Below are positions 45,754 to 56,083 of a DNA stretch of 64,000 nt, piece by piece (within the stretch, counting starts at the first letter, position 1; each line of letters begins with the position of its first letter). Under the pieces are notes generated by a model. It was not told where the DNA came from. It ran no database searches and worked only from the letters and a program-made list of their open reading frames with translations. Made by a program: the position numbers and the translations under genes. Source of the stretch: Eubacteriales bacterium (GTDB taxonomy: Bacteria > Bacillota > Clostridia > Oscillospirales > CAG-272); assembly GCA_045588165.1 (NCBI GenBank), contig JAZNDP010000015.1, forward strand, positions 12,214 through 76,213, read 5' to 3'.

Positions 45754-45787
45754 ACAATATGGATAGATTTTCGTGCAGATACCTTAA

Positions 45788-46324
45788 TCACACGGGAGTA
45801 AGGCCGATGCAAAATCCTTCACATGAATAATCGGGAAAACGAAGAGACATTTTCTCCCCGACAGCAATTCGGCATCCGTTAACCGAATAGCCGCTTCCCT
45901 CCATGTAATCCGCAGTCGCGGTAATCGTCACGATCAAGTTATAACGATTTGGATATTCCACCAATACGCCAACGGTGCTGTTTTCCTCTGTTTTATAACT
46001 CAGTTCAGAATATTTTGTATGATAATCCACACCTTGCGAAACCGTACCCAAATTGTTCTTCGTTACAGCGTCAACGACAAGGTCACCCTCCTTTATTTTA
46101 TTAATAAAGGCTTCATCGACACCCGTAATTTCCACCGTATACTGAATTGTTTTCGTCTCGCTCCTGACGATTGTTTGGATCCAACGAAACGGAGCGAACA
46201 CATAAATAATTGCAGCAACCACCAAAAGAATGATGATGACGATAATCAAATCGATCAGATTAAAGCGTCCGGTGCGTTTCTTCTTGGAAACAACTGCCGC
46301 ATTTCCATTATTTGAATGATTCAT
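45788..46324 (-). CDS. DUF4330-like membrane-anchored protein (paralogue 2)
   Basis: 178 aa. The RFNLIDLIIVIIILLVVAAIIY anchor is typical of DUF4330 as I recall it. Confidence 0.55.
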   Translation of the reverse strand: MNHSNNGNAAVVSKKKRTGRFNLIDLIIVIIILLVVAAIIYVFAPFRWIQTIVRSETKTIQYTVEITGVDEAFINKIKEGDLVVDAVTKNNLGTVSQGVDYHTKYSELSYKTEENSTVGVLVEYPNRYNLIVTITATADYMEGSGYSVNGCRIAVGEKMSLRFPDYSCEGFCIGLTPV

Positions 46325-46358
46325 GCTTGATTTCCTTTCTTGGAGTTTGGCTCCTTAA

Positions 46359-48332
46359 TTATAAATTCAGATCAAGAGACGCCTGATCCGATTCCATATA
46401 TGCATTCCATTCGTGACGTCGCTGCTCATCCTTTCCGATTCGAACACATGCGCATCCGATAGCCAAAACGCCCCAGAATAAGAAGAACACACGATAATTG
46501 TACCAAACGAAATCAAAAACTCCCATCACAAGAGCCGCAAGCAATGCACCCATCACGGCGGCAACGGTCAAGCGGGAACCCTGATCCTTGGCAGTCTTGA
46601 TATATTCAAGGCTCATTTGCGCATGGAGGACAATGACTGTCAAAAAGATCAGCAAACCGCCGACACCCATTCCCAATAAAATCTGCAAATACAAGCTGTG
46701 GGAGTGCTGTGCCGCCTCAATTCCCGCATAGGCATATTGAGGATAGATCGCCCGATATGCGGAATTACCGTATCCGATTCCGCTCCAAAAATAATCCTTG
46801 ATGGCTTGCAGGTTTCCCTTCCATGTATATACGCGATATGCGGTGGAGGAATCCGAAAAATTACCGATGCTTGTAAAGCGCCCAACGATAGATTGGGGCA
46901 AAAGGAAGGATAAGAACGGAATGGCAAAGCCTAAGAAAAATAAGTTTCTGAGTGTTTTTCTGCTATAAATCAAAGCAAACAGCAGCACACAGGCAAGAGA
47001 TGCCAACCATGCACCTCTGGACCACGTCAGTATGATACAGAGGAGAATTGATGCGATACTGAATAACGAAACGAATTTCGTCTTCTTTTGCTTTGCCCGT
47101 GTCAGCAAAAACAAGGAAAACGGGAGAATCAACAACAAATACGATGCCAAAATATTTGGATTTTCAAAGACGGAAACCACACGCCCCTTGATATTGGAAA
47201 AATGAGTCAGATCCAGCCAAGCGCCCTCCGTCACAAGTCCTAGCATATACTGAGCGATGCCTATGATGGCAACAATGGTTCCTGAGCTGACCAAGGTCAA
47301 AATGCATCTGCGTATCCATTTCTCGGTTCGCATCAAATTGACAACAAGGAAATAACCAAGCATCAAAACACAAGAAAGCACTACTTCCCAATATCCCTGT
47401 TTGCCTCCCGCAGAAATCGCGCCAGAAAAATACAGAGTCAGGAAAAACAAGACCACTGCAAGATCAACCAGCTCAATTTTCAAGATCCTCTTACCGCGAA
47501 TCAGTTTGACGGCATAGCTGAAGCTCGTCAACAAAACCAACATGCCGAGAACCACGGCAGGCGAGGAGAAAATGGACATAAAAGGAGCAAGAAACAGCGC
47601 AAAGATCACACCGATTTCGGGATTGGAAAAGATCAGTAAAACCCCGATCAAAAATACAACGGTAACTAAAATATGAATCGGGTTGACAAAAAGAGTTAAA
47701 ATTCCAAAGAGCATTCCGAGGAAAAACGAGATATTGGATCTTGAGCGATTGTTTTTGGCGGGAATATCAAAGGTTTCTTCGCGGAAACCAAGCCCGTCAA
47801 TAAAAATTGAGCGAGGGATTCTTCCTTTTACAATCGCCGTGGCAATATTGTCTCGGGTGAGCAACAACGGAATCGCGAGAATACAACACGCAATTCCTGT
47901 CATGACAAAGCTGAACTCGGATTGCGCCAAGCCGGGAACCATCCACCGAACCAGATAAACCAATACCGTATAGACGCCAAAGAAAAACAAAAAGCTTCCC
48001 CATGATTTCAGCGGAACCGACAGAAATCCGTATGCCCGTTTTTCCATTCGTTGAATAAATCGGCTTTCCTCAAAGGATCTGGAAAAGTATTCTTTTACCT
48101 TTCGAAAATAAGATTTTTGTTTTGTTCCGCCTTGAGAATAATTTTTAATAAAACCTTGTTCAAATGCATTCTGCTTTTGAGAATAGGAGGTGAAAATCTT
48201 TCCAAAAAAGCCATTGCTGATTGCTTGGTAAATGGCAAACGAAAGCTTGTCCAACAAGAAAACGAACCAGCTGATGGAGGAGAACCCCGCCGTTCTTTCA
48301 TTAGAACTCCGCTTATCCTTATTTCTTTTCAA
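46359..48332 (-). CDS. O-antigen ligase/Wzy_C-like polytopic membrane protein
   Basis: About 657 aa with many TM segments. The loop WSRGAWLA...H.HSLYLQIL resembles the Wzy_C/O-antigen ligase motif. TTG 48332 (GGAGGG RBS) is proposed because the longer ORF overlaps trmD by 110 nt. Confidence 0.65.
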   Translation of the reverse strand: MKRNKDKRSSNERTAGFSSISWFVFLLDKLSFAIYQAISNGFFGKIFTSYSQKQNAFEQGFIKNYSQGGTKQKSYFRKVKEYFSRSFEESRFIQRMEKRAYGFLSVPLKSWGSFLFFFGVYTVLVYLVRWMVPGLAQSEFSFVMTGIACCILAIPLLLTRDNIATAIVKGRIPRSIFIDGLGFREETFDIPAKNNRSRSNISFFLGMLFGILTLFVNPIHILVTVVFLIGVLLIFSNPEIGVIFALFLAPFMSIFSSPAVVLGMLVLLTSFSYAVKLIRGKRILKIELVDLAVVLFFLTLYFSGAISAGGKQGYWEVVLSCVLMLGYFLVVNLMRTEKWIRRCILTLVSSGTIVAIIGIAQYMLGLVTEGAWLDLTHFSNIKGRVVSVFENPNILASYLLLILPFSLFLLTRAKQKKTKFVSLFSIASILLCIILTWSRGAWLASLACVLLFALIYSRKTLRNLFFLGFAIPFLSFLLPQSIVGRFTSIGNFSDSSTAYRVYTWKGNLQAIKDYFWSGIGYGNSAYRAIYPQYAYAGIEAAQHSHSLYLQILLGMGVGGLLIFLTVIVLHAQMSLEYIKTAKDQGSRLTVAAVMGALLAALVMGVFDFVWYNYRVFFLFWGVLAIGCACVRIGKDEQRRHEWNAYMESDQASLDLNL

Positions 48333-49038
48333 GAGCTTCCCTCCTTCCAAATTTTTCAAGAATATCCGGACGGTTCCGCATTGTTTGTTCCAATGCCTGC
48401 TCCTTTCTCCAGATATCGATATTCTCATGATGACCGGATATTAAAACATCCGGAACCTTGACTCCGTGAAATTCATAGGGCCTTGTATATTGGGGGTATT
48501 CTAAAAATCCGCTGGATATGCTTTCCTTTTCGTAGCACTCCGGATCGGACAGAACTCCGTCAATCAAGCGCGCGACACAGTCCACCAGAATACACGCGGG
48601 AATCTCCCCTCCCGTTAAAACGTAGTCTCCGATCGAAATTTCCTCATCAACGATCTCGTCAATGATTCTTCGATCCACACCCTCGTAATGACCGCAAAGA
48701 ATGATCAGCTGATCGTATTTCGACAGCTCCTCAGCCTTTCTCTGATTCAGAAGCTGACCCGAGGGGGACATAAAGATGACCCGTCTGTTTTCCGCCTGCT
48801 CGGGACGAGCCTCGCAAACCGCTTCATAACACCGATAAATTGGCGGTGCCATCATCAGCATTCCCTTTCCCCCGCCGTACGGGGTGTCGTCCACCCGTCT
48901 GTGCTTGTTCTCGGAGTAATCGCGAATATTATAGGTCTTTACCTCAATCGCGCCGCTTTTTTGCGCTCTTCCGATGATGCTCTCTCCCAGCACGGTATCC
49001 ACCAGATCGGGAAACAGCGTCATAATATCGAATTTCAT
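48319..49038 (-). CDS. trmD: tRNA (guanine37-N1)-methyltransferase
   Basis: 239 aa. Motifs FDIMTLFP, YGGGKGM, GHYEGVD and DYVLTGGE. Confidence 0.95.
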   Translation of the reverse strand: MKFDIMTLFPDLVDTVLGESIIGRAQKSGAIEVKTYNIRDYSENKHRRVDDTPYGGGKGMLMMAPPIYRCYEAVCEARPEQAENRRVIFMSPSGQLLNQRKAEELSKYDQLIILCGHYEGVDRRIIDEIVDEEISIGDYVLTGGEIPACILVDCVARLIDGVLSDPECYEKESISSGFLEYPQYTRPYEFHGVKVPDVLISGHHENIDIWRKEQALEQTMRNRPDILEKFGRREALEKK

Positions 49039-49053
49039 ACAATCCTCCGGAAA

Positions 49054-49563
49054 TCAGTCCAGCATCCCCTCAATGGGGCGAACGAAAATCCCTTTCTTGA
49101 TATCCACGTGATCCACAAACTCATCCACAACCGGAATCATTCTCTCCCCCGACGGGGTCGTTACCACATAAATATCCGACGCTCCGCGATTGATCATGTC
49201 GGAAAGCTTTCCGTATACCGTTCCATTGTCCGCATCGATCACGTCAAGGCCAATCAGATCAACGATAAAATATTCCCCGTCCTCCAGATCGAAGTCCTCT
49301 CTGTCGGCGTACACGGTCTGACCCTTGAGAGAAAGCGCCAGATCCATGGTATCTACGCCCTCCAAGGTAAAAATAACAAATTGCTTAAAGATTGATGCCT
49401 TGAGTACGCGATAACAACGGTACTCTTTACCGAACCTGATATATACTTTTTTTAACGCGGCAAGATCCTCCGGCTCATTACACCAGGACTCCAGTTTCAA
49501 TCCCCCGTGACAAGCGTGAGTGTTGACGATTTTTCCGCATTCAATATAAGAGCTTGACAACAT
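49054..49563 (-). CDS. rimM: 16S rRNA processing protein RimM
   Basis: 169 aa. RimM N-terminal barrel plus PRC-barrel C-terminus, immediately upstream of trmD. Confidence 0.9.
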   Translation of the reverse strand: MLSSSYIECGKIVNTHACHGGLKLESWCNEPEDLAALKKVYIRFGKEYRCYRVLKASIFKQFVIFTLEGVDTMDLALSLKGQTVYADREDFDLEDGEYFIVDLIGLDVIDADNGTVYGKLSDMINRGASDIYVVTTPSGERMIPVVDEFVDHVDIKKGIFVRPIEGMLD

Positions 49564-49754
49564 TGTGATCCCTCGACTTTTTGATGCATTTATACATTAC
49601 ATTATTATAGCACAAATTCCCATTTTTTTCAACAGTTTTAAAAATTTAATTTATAAAATTCAATTATAAACAAAGAATTTACAAATGGGGTATTGCTTTT
49701 TTTGAAAAAATATGGTATTATAGTGTAAATTTATGATTTGGAGGAACAACCATT

Positions 49755-50039
49755 ATGGGTGGAAGCATTGGATCGATCATTTTGATCGTCGTTATGTTCG
49801 TAGCTCTTTACTTCTTCATGATCAGACCTCAGAAGAAGCAGGAGAAGCAGATCAATGACATGAGAAACAATCTGCAGGTTGGTGACGAGATCACCACCAT
49901 CGGCGGTATCATCGGAAAGATCGTCAGCATCAAGGAAGAGACCTTGATGATTGAAACCGGTCACGACCGCACGAAGATCAGAATCCTCAAGACCGCCGTT
50001 CGTCAGGTTGACGTAAAGGCAGAGGACGCACAAGACTGA
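49755..50039 (+). CDS. yajC: Preprotein translocase subunit YajC
   Basis: 94 aa. Single TM, FFMIRPQKKQ and GDEITTIGGIIGKIVSI. Confidence 0.9.
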   Translation: MGGSIGSIILIVVMFVALYFFMIRPQKKQEKQINDMRNNLQVGDEITTIGGIIGKIVSIKEETLMIETGHDRTKIRILKTAVRQVDVKAEDAQD

Positions 50040-50050
50040 TTGATCACGAA

Positions 50051-50080
50051 AAAAGGCTCTGCCAGACGGCAGAGCCTTTT
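50051..50080. terminator. Bidirectional terminator between convergent genes
   Basis: Perfect 13-bp stem AAAAGGCTCTGCC / GGCAGAGCCTTTT with an AGAC loop. Confidence 0.85.
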
Positions 50081-50087
50081 ATATTTT

Positions 50088-50873
50088 TTAAAGAACTTTT
50101 TGCAGGAATTGCTGCAAGCGAGGATTCTTGGGTGCTCCGAAAAACTCCTCCGGAGGCGCCTCCTCCGCAATTACACCGTCGCACATAAACAAAACCTTAT
50201 CCGCAACCTCACGAGCAAATCCCATTTCGTGGGTAACGACAACCATCGTCATTCCCTCTGCGGCAAGCGCTTTCATTAAATCAAGCACCTCTCCAACCAT
50301 TTCGGGGTCTAGCGCGGAGGTTGGTTCATCAAAAAGGATTACCTCGGGATCCATTGCCAGAGCACGGGCAATGGCAACACGCTGCTTTTGTCCACCGGAA
50401 AGCTGAGACGGATAGGCATCGGCTTTATCCGGCAATCCAACCATTTCCAGCAGCTCCTTTGCTCTTTTAACCGCCTCTTCCTTTGTTTTGAGCTTCAATT
50501 TCACAGGAGCCAAGGTCAGGTTTTCGACAATCGATTTATGCGGGAACAGATTAAAATGCTGAAAAACCATACCCATTTTCTTTCGAACGGCATTGATATT
50601 ACATTTCGAAGATGTAATCAGCTCACCTTTAAAATAGATCTCACCGGAGGTGGGAGTTTCCAGAAGATTCAAGCATCTCAAGAAGGTACTCTTTCCTCCG
50701 CCGGAAGGACCGATAATTACAATTTTTTCACCCTTTTTGATAGAGTAATCGAAGTCGCGCAAAACCTTAATTTCACCGTTATGGAAATCCTTTACAAGAT
50801 TTTTAACCTCGATCAAAGCATTTGGATTAGGCGCGCATTCCAAAATATTATTTTTTGTATTCTTATTTTTCAC
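50088..50873 (-). CDS. Polar amino acid ABC transporter ATP-binding protein
   Basis: Walker [10 protein letters not shown], signature LSGGQKQR, Walker [12 protein letters not shown]; GlnQ/HisP-like. GTG 50873 is proposed as the start, because the longer ORF would overlap the permease gene by 92 nt. Confidence 0.9.
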   Translation of the reverse strand: MKNKNTKNNILECAPNPNALIEVKNLVKDFHNGEIKVLRDFDYSIKKGEKIVIIGPSGGGKSTFLRCLNLLETPTSGEIYFKGELITSSKCNINAVRKKMGMVFQHFNLFPHKSIVENLTLAPVKLKLKTKEEAVKRAKELLEMVGLPDKADAYPSQLSGGQKQRVAIARALAMDPEVILFDEPTSALDPEMVGEVLDLMKALAAEGMTMVVVTHEMGFAREVADKVLFMCDGVIAEEAPPEEFFGAPKNPRLQQFLQKVL

Positions 50874-52251
50874 TCTTGCGCAACCTCCTCTCCAGAAGCG
50901 ATACCAAATAGGACAAACCAAGAACCAATACGAGATAAACAACGGCAATAGCAATCAGCGGCATAAAGTTACTGTAGGTGATTGCACGAATCTTCAAACC
51001 GCCCAGCGTCAAATCGGCAACGCCGATATAGAACGCAACCGAGGTCTCCTTCAGTAGAGCGATAAACTCGTTTGCCAAGGAAGGCAAAATCGCCTTGAAT
51101 GCCTGCGGAATCACAATATACCACATGGTTGCCACATAGCCAAGTCCCAAGCTTCTTCCTGCTTCGGTTTGTCCGTCATCAATAGACATGATACCGCCAC
51201 GCATGATCTCCGATACATATGCACCGGAATTTATACCAAAGCAAAGAACCGCGGCAACAAATTTATCAACACCCAGGGGAAGAAGCAAAACGAAGTAAAT
51301 AATTAAAAGCTGAATCATGACGGGAGTACCGCGCATCACTGCTAAATAAACCCGACAAACAGCATCCAGAATCTTCAGTTTTCCGGTTTTTGCACAGGTA
51401 CAACGAATTGCCGCAACCAAAAAACCGATAATTACGCCAAGAATAAGAGCAAAGAATGTAATCAGGAGCGTATTTCCAAGACCCTTGGCAAGGTAGGTCC
51501 AACGGTTTTCTTCAATAAAGTTTTTATGAAAATCCTGTTTAAACGTATTCCATGTACGGCTGATAAAGGTTGAGGTATCAGGCTTGGCGCTGTCATAATT
51601 GTTCAGCTTGATGCAATCAATAAATCCGTTTCTCAACGTATTACTGGTGCTGATATCAACCGTTTCCCCACCGCCGATATCCAGCGTCATGGTATTCTTT
51701 ACAATTTCCTGAGCGGATAAAATTCCGCCAAATGCAGTATCTACGGTTTCGTCGGAAAGATAAACGACGATGTCATCATTCATCTCATAAAGAACGATCT
51801 CCATCTCTCCCGATTTTACAGGAGCGGATGCCAGCAGAGCTTGCAGCTTGGGCTCAATCTCCAACATAACCTGAGTGGCATTTTTGGGACGTCCATTTTG
51901 GTTCGGAGTGTTTGCATCTCGAAGAAGAGCATTCACATGATCCTTGACTGTACCGTGCACGTCAATGGTTTCATACGTACACTTCAGACGAATATCCTTT
52001 TCCGAGCCGTATTCCAAGGACTGGACCGTTACTTTGCTGAGTGAGCGAATATGCTTTGCAGTATCTGCGATATTAAGAGGCAAGGAATCCAATGCGGAGT
52101 CCACGATTTCCTGTGCTGCCTCCACATTGATATCGGCTGACACCCGACGACTTAATCGATCAAAGATCAATAATCCGGCAACCGTGCCAACAACAACAAG
52201 CAAAGCAATCAGCGCAATCCAAAAATTGCGACGATGATTTGTATTTCTCAT
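50863..52251 (-). CDS. Amino acid ABC transporter permease with a long N-terminal extracytoplasmic extension
   Basis: 462 aa. TM1 at about residues 10-30, an unassigned domain of about 210 aa, then a His/Glu/Gln/Arg-type permease core with the EAA loop (TEAGRSLGL). Confidence 0.85.
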   Translation of the reverse strand: MRNTNHRRNFWIALIALLVVVGTVAGLLIFDRLSRRVSADINVEAAQEIVDSALDSLPLNIADTAKHIRSLSKVTVQSLEYGSEKDIRLKCTYETIDVHGTVKDHVNALLRDANTPNQNGRPKNATQVMLEIEPKLQALLASAPVKSGEMEIVLYEMNDDIVVYLSDETVDTAFGGILSAQEIVKNTMTLDIGGGETVDISTSNTLRNGFIDCIKLNNYDSAKPDTSTFISRTWNTFKQDFHKNFIEENRWTYLAKGLGNTLLITFFALILGVIIGFLVAAIRCTCAKTGKLKILDAVCRVYLAVMRGTPVMIQLLIIYFVLLLPLGVDKFVAAVLCFGINSGAYVSEIMRGGIMSIDDGQTEAGRSLGLGYVATMWYIVIPQAFKAILPSLANEFIALLKETSVAFYIGVADLTLGGLKIRAITYSNFMPLIAIAVVYLVLVLGLSYLVSLLERRLRKSEK

Positions 52252-52275
52252 AAAAAATAAGCCTTCCTAAACCGC

Positions 52276-52311
52276 AAAAAAATAGGAAAGCCGAAACATT
52301 CCTATTTTTTT
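52276..52311 (-). terminator. Intra-operon hairpin between the SBP and permease genes (partial terminator/attenuator)
   Basis: 13-bp stem AAAAAAATAGGAA / TTCCTATTTTTTT with a 10-nt loop, in the 92-nt gap. Confidence 0.5.
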
Positions 52312-52343
52312 GCAATTATTATTCGTTCCGTAATGGATGTTGA

Positions 52344-53135
52344 TTAGCCCTCAGCGGGAATATACTTTGCGACGATCTTGTCAATCGTTCCGTCCTTAGT
52401 CAGAGCAACAATCGCCTCGTTGATCTTGTTCAGAAGATCGGAGTTACCCTTCTTGACACAGATCGCGTAATCCTCATCAGCGTAAGAGGTCTCCAGAATC
52501 TTAAGTCCGGCGTTTGCCTTAACAAGTGCCTTTGCAGGCTCGTTGTCGATGATAACACAGTCGACATCGCCGCCAACCAGAGCGAGAACCGCATTGTTAC
52601 CGTTGTTGTAAGGGGTTACATTATCGGAACCGAAATCATCGGTTGCGTAAATATCACCGGTTGTACCCTGCTGTACACCAACCTTGTAGGCTGCACCCTC
52701 TGCGTAAAGATCGTCAACGGAAGTAATGGGAGAATCTACGGGAACGATGATGGACTGAACACCGGTTGCATAGCTGTTAGAGAAATCGATCTCCTGCAGA
52801 CGCTTTTCGGTAACGGTCATACCCGCCATACCAAAATCAACAGAGCCTTCCTTAACGGCTGTAATGATGGTATCAAACTCCATGTCCTCGATTACCAGGT
52901 CATATCCCATGTGGGCGGCAATTGCAGCAGCGATTTCAGCATCGATACCAACGATCTTGCCATCCTGATAGTACTCGTAGGGCTGGAAGTAAGCATTGGT
53001 TGCCATCTTCAGAACAGGCTTAGCCTGAGGCTCGCCCTCTCCTCCGTCATCATTGGTGTTGTTATCCTTTGCGCATCCAACAAAGCAAAGGGACAGGCAA
53101 AGCAACGCCATAATCAAAGCAATAATTTTTTTCAT
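52344..53135 (-). CDS. Amino acid ABC transporter substrate-binding lipoprotein
   Basis: 263 aa. Lipobox LSLCFVGC and a type 3 periplasmic-binding fold (DAEIAAAIA, GMAGMTVT.KR). Confidence 0.88.
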   Translation of the reverse strand: MKKIIALIMALLCLSLCFVGCAKDNNTNDDGGEGEPQAKPVLKMATNAYFQPYEYYQDGKIVGIDAEIAAAIAAHMGYDLVIEDMEFDTIITAVKEGSVDFGMAGMTVTEKRLQEIDFSNSYATGVQSIIVPVDSPITSVDDLYAEGAAYKVGVQQGTTGDIYATDDFGSDNVTPYNNGNNAVLALVGGDVDCVIIDNEPAKALVKANAGLKILETSYADEDYAICVKKGNSDLLNKINEAIVALTKDGTIDKIVAKYIPAEG

Positions 53136-53177
53136 TTTCTTTTCCTCCGAAAAAAGTTTTTTAAGTGTACGTTACAC

Positions 53178-53206
53178 ATTATAGCGCATAAAATTTATCT
53201 TGTCAA
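53178..53206 (-). promoter_or_regulatory. Consensus sigma-A promoter of the amino acid ABC operon
   Basis: On the minus strand, TTGACA - 17 nt - TATAAT (both perfect), about 40 nt upstream of ATG 53135. Confidence 0.65.
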
Positions 53207-53228
53207 TACTTTTTTGAAAAATTATTCA

Positions 53229-56078
53229 TCACAATTCAATTTTTTCTCGTTTTTTATGCAAGATTTTATGCAAATATTCGCCTGTATACGATTTTTTATT
53301 CATAGAAACCTCTTCCGGTGTACCCACGGCGACCACGGTTCCTCCTCCGTCTCCGCCCTCGGGACCGAGATCAATGATATAATCTGCGGTCTTGATCACC
53401 TCCAGATTATGCTCGATCACAAGCAAGGAATTTCCCGCGTCGCAGAGTCTCTGAAGCACTTGAATCAGCTTGGATACGTCCTCGCTGTGCAATCCCGTGG
53501 TAGGCTCGTCCAGAATATACAGTGTCTTCCCCGTTCCCCGTTTGGAAAGCTCAGTTGCAAGCTTCACGCGTTGAGCCTCTCCGCCCGAAATGGTTGTTGA
53601 CGGCTGTCCAAGCTTGACATAGCTCAATCCCACGTCATAAAGGGTTTGGAGCTTATTTTTGATTTTCGGAATGCCGTCAAAGAAGCCAAGCGCCTCCTCC
53701 ACCGTCATATCCAGAACGTCCGCAATGCTCTTCCCTTTGTATTTGACCTCCAACGTATCTCTGTTATACCGCTTTCCGCGACAGACGTCACAGGTAACGT
53801 AAACATCGGGAAGAAAATGCATTTCGATCTTCTTGAGTCCGTCTCCCTCGCACGCCTCGCACCGTCCTCCTCGAACGTTAAAGGAAAACCGTCCCGGTTT
53901 ATAGCCTCTCGCCTTAGCTTCCGTTGTTTGAGCAAACAGGTCGCGAATATCGGCAAACAATCCGGTGTATGTGGCAGGGTTGGAGCGCGGTGTGCGTCCA
54001 ATGGGACTCTGGTCAATATCAATTACTTTATCCAGATTTTCAATACCAAGAATTTCCCGATATTTGCCACGGGAACGAATTGCTCCGTTCAACTCTCTGG
54101 ACAACGTGGGATTGATGATCCCGTTTACCAGGGAGGATTTTCCCGATCCCGAAACACCCGTCACACAGACAAAGCAACCGAGAGGAATTTTTACGTCAAT
54201 ATTCTTCAGATTGTGCTCGCCGGCGCCGAACACCTCCAAAAACACTCCGTTTCCTTTTCGTCTTTCCCTTGGAATCGGAATCTGCTTTCTTCCCGACAGA
54301 TACGCGCCGGTAATGGAGGTGGGATGCGCCATAACCTCCGCGGGCGATCCCGCCGCAACGATCTCGCCGCCGTGAATTCCCGCGCCGGGACCGATATCGA
54401 TCAGGTAATCGGATTCCATCATGGTTTCCTCATCGTGCTCAACCACGATCACCGTATTTCCCAAATCTCTTAATTTTTTTAACGTTTGGATCAGCTTGGT
54501 ATTGTCTCTTTGATGCAAGCCGATGCTTGGCTCGTCCAGAATATACAGCACGCCAACCAAGGCGGAGCCAATCTGCGTTGCCAATCGAATCCGTTGCGCT
54601 TCTCCGCCGGAAAGCGAGCCCGCCTTTCTGGCAAGGGTCAGATAGTCAAGTCCAACACTGACCAAAAAACCAAGTCTGCCCTTAATTTCCTTCAGAATTT
54701 CAGCGGCAATGAGCTCTTCGGTTTCGGTTGGGTTAAATTCAGAAATAAATTTCAACGCTTCCGATACAGACATGCGACAAAAATCATCAATATTGATTCC
54801 CCCCACCGTTACTGCTAGATAGTTGGGGGACAGACGCTTCCCCTGACATACGGGACAAGGCGCCTCCTCAACAAATTGCTCGTAATATTCATCGTTTCCC
54901 GATTGCGCGATTCGATTTTCGATCATTTTGACCAATCCCTCAAACCGAGTCTTTTGACGGTGCGCTTCCTTACCAAACCACCGCTCCACGTCGTAAAGCT
55001 CATGGTCGGAGCCGTACAGCAGAACGTTATACATCTTTTCGGAAAATTTCTCGATGGGGGTATCAATGTCAAAACCGAACCGCTTACCGACCTCGATAAA
55101 CAGCGGTCCGTTCCAGCTTTGCTCCTCCATTGTTTTAAAGCCATTGACCGCGATGGCGCCCTGACGCAGACTCAATTTCGGATTGGGAATCAAACGGTCA
55201 ACCGCAATTCTCCGCATCTCTCCAAGTCCCGCGCAGTGAGGACACGCCCCCGCAGGGTTATTAAAGGAAAACATACGCGGCTCCAGATCGCCAAAGGAAA
55301 TTCCGTGCTCCTCGCACGCGTAGCTTTGAGAAAATTCCAATTCCGACGGTTCGCCTTCTCTCGGAACTGTGACGACGATCAGGTGTCCTTCCGCCAAACG
55401 CAGGGCATTTTCAACCGAATCGGACACACGGGAGCGAAGCTCGGGCTTCATGACCAAGCGGTCAACCACCACCTCAATATTATGCTTTTTATTTTTATCC
55501 AGTTTAATTTCCTCGGAGATATCGTACAGGCTTCCGTCTACGCGAACACGCACGTATCCGCTCTTTTTGGCGGTAGCAAACACCTTTTCGTGCATTCCCT
55601 TTTGAGAACGCACCACAGGAGCCAAGATCATGAACCGCTCTCCCACGGGGAATTCCATGATCTTGTCAATAATGGTATCCGTAGACTGCATTCGGATCTC
55701 TTTCCCGCAGATGGGACAGTGAGGGATTCCGATTCTCGCGTAAAGCAGACGCAGATAATCATAGATCTCGGTTACCGTACCCACGGTAGAACGTGGGTTT
55801 TTGGAGGTGGTTTTCTGGTCAATGGCGATCGCGGGAGACAATCCCTCAATCAAGTCTACGTCAGGCTTGTCCATCTGACCTAAGAACTGTCTTGCGTAAG
55901 AGGACAGCGATTCCACAAATCTTCGATGCCCCTCGGCGTAGATCGTGTCAAAGGCAAGTGAGGACTTTCCCGAACCGGATAAGCCGGTTAAGATCACCAA
56001 CTGATCTCTGGGTATTTCCAGACTGATATTTTTTAGGTTATGAACGCGAGCGCCGCGTATTACAATCGATTTTGGCAT
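53229..56078 (-). CDS. uvrA: Excinuclease ABC subunit A
   Basis: 949 aa. Two ABC ATPase modules ([18 protein letters not shown]) and zinc-finger CxxC pairs. Confidence 0.97.
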   Translation of the reverse strand: MPKSIVIRGARVHNLKNISLEIPRDQLVILTGLSGSGKSSLAFDTIYAEGHRRFVESLSSYARQFLGQMDKPDVDLIEGLSPAIAIDQKTTSKNPRSTVGTVTEIYDYLRLLYARIGIPHCPICGKEIRMQSTDTIIDKIMEFPVGERFMILAPVVRSQKGMHEKVFATAKKSGYVRVRVDGSLYDISEEIKLDKNKKHNIEVVVDRLVMKPELRSRVSDSVENALRLAEGHLIVVTVPREGEPSELEFSQSYACEEHGISFGDLEPRMFSFNNPAGACPHCAGLGEMRRIAVDRLIPNPKLSLRQGAIAVNGFKTMEEQSWNGPLFIEVGKRFGFDIDTPIEKFSEKMYNVLLYGSDHELYDVERWFGKEAHRQKTRFEGLVKMIENRIAQSGNDEYYEQFVEEAPCPVCQGKRLSPNYLAVTVGGINIDDFCRMSVSEALKFISEFNPTETEELIAAEILKEIKGRLGFLVSVGLDYLTLARKAGSLSGGEAQRIRLATQIGSALVGVLYILDEPSIGLHQRDNTKLIQTLKKLRDLGNTVIVVEHDEETMMESDYLIDIGPGAGIHGGEIVAAGSPAEVMAHPTSITGAYLSGRKQIPIPRERRKGNGVFLEVFGAGEHNLKNIDVKIPLGCFVCVTGVSGSGKSSLVNGIINPTLSRELNGAIRSRGKYREILGIENLDKVIDIDQSPIGRTPRSNPATYTGLFADIRDLFAQTTEAKARGYKPGRFSFNVRGGRCEACEGDGLKKIEMHFLPDVYVTCDVCRGKRYNRDTLEVKYKGKSIADVLDMTVEEALGFFDGIPKIKNKLQTLYDVGLSYVKLGQPSTTISGGEAQRVKLATELSKRGTGKTLYILDEPTTGLHSEDVSKLIQVLQRLCDAGNSLLVIEHNLEVIKTADYIIDLGPEGGDGGGTVVAVGTPEEVSMNKKSYTGEYLHKILHKKREKIEL

Positions 56079-56083
56079 GTTAT

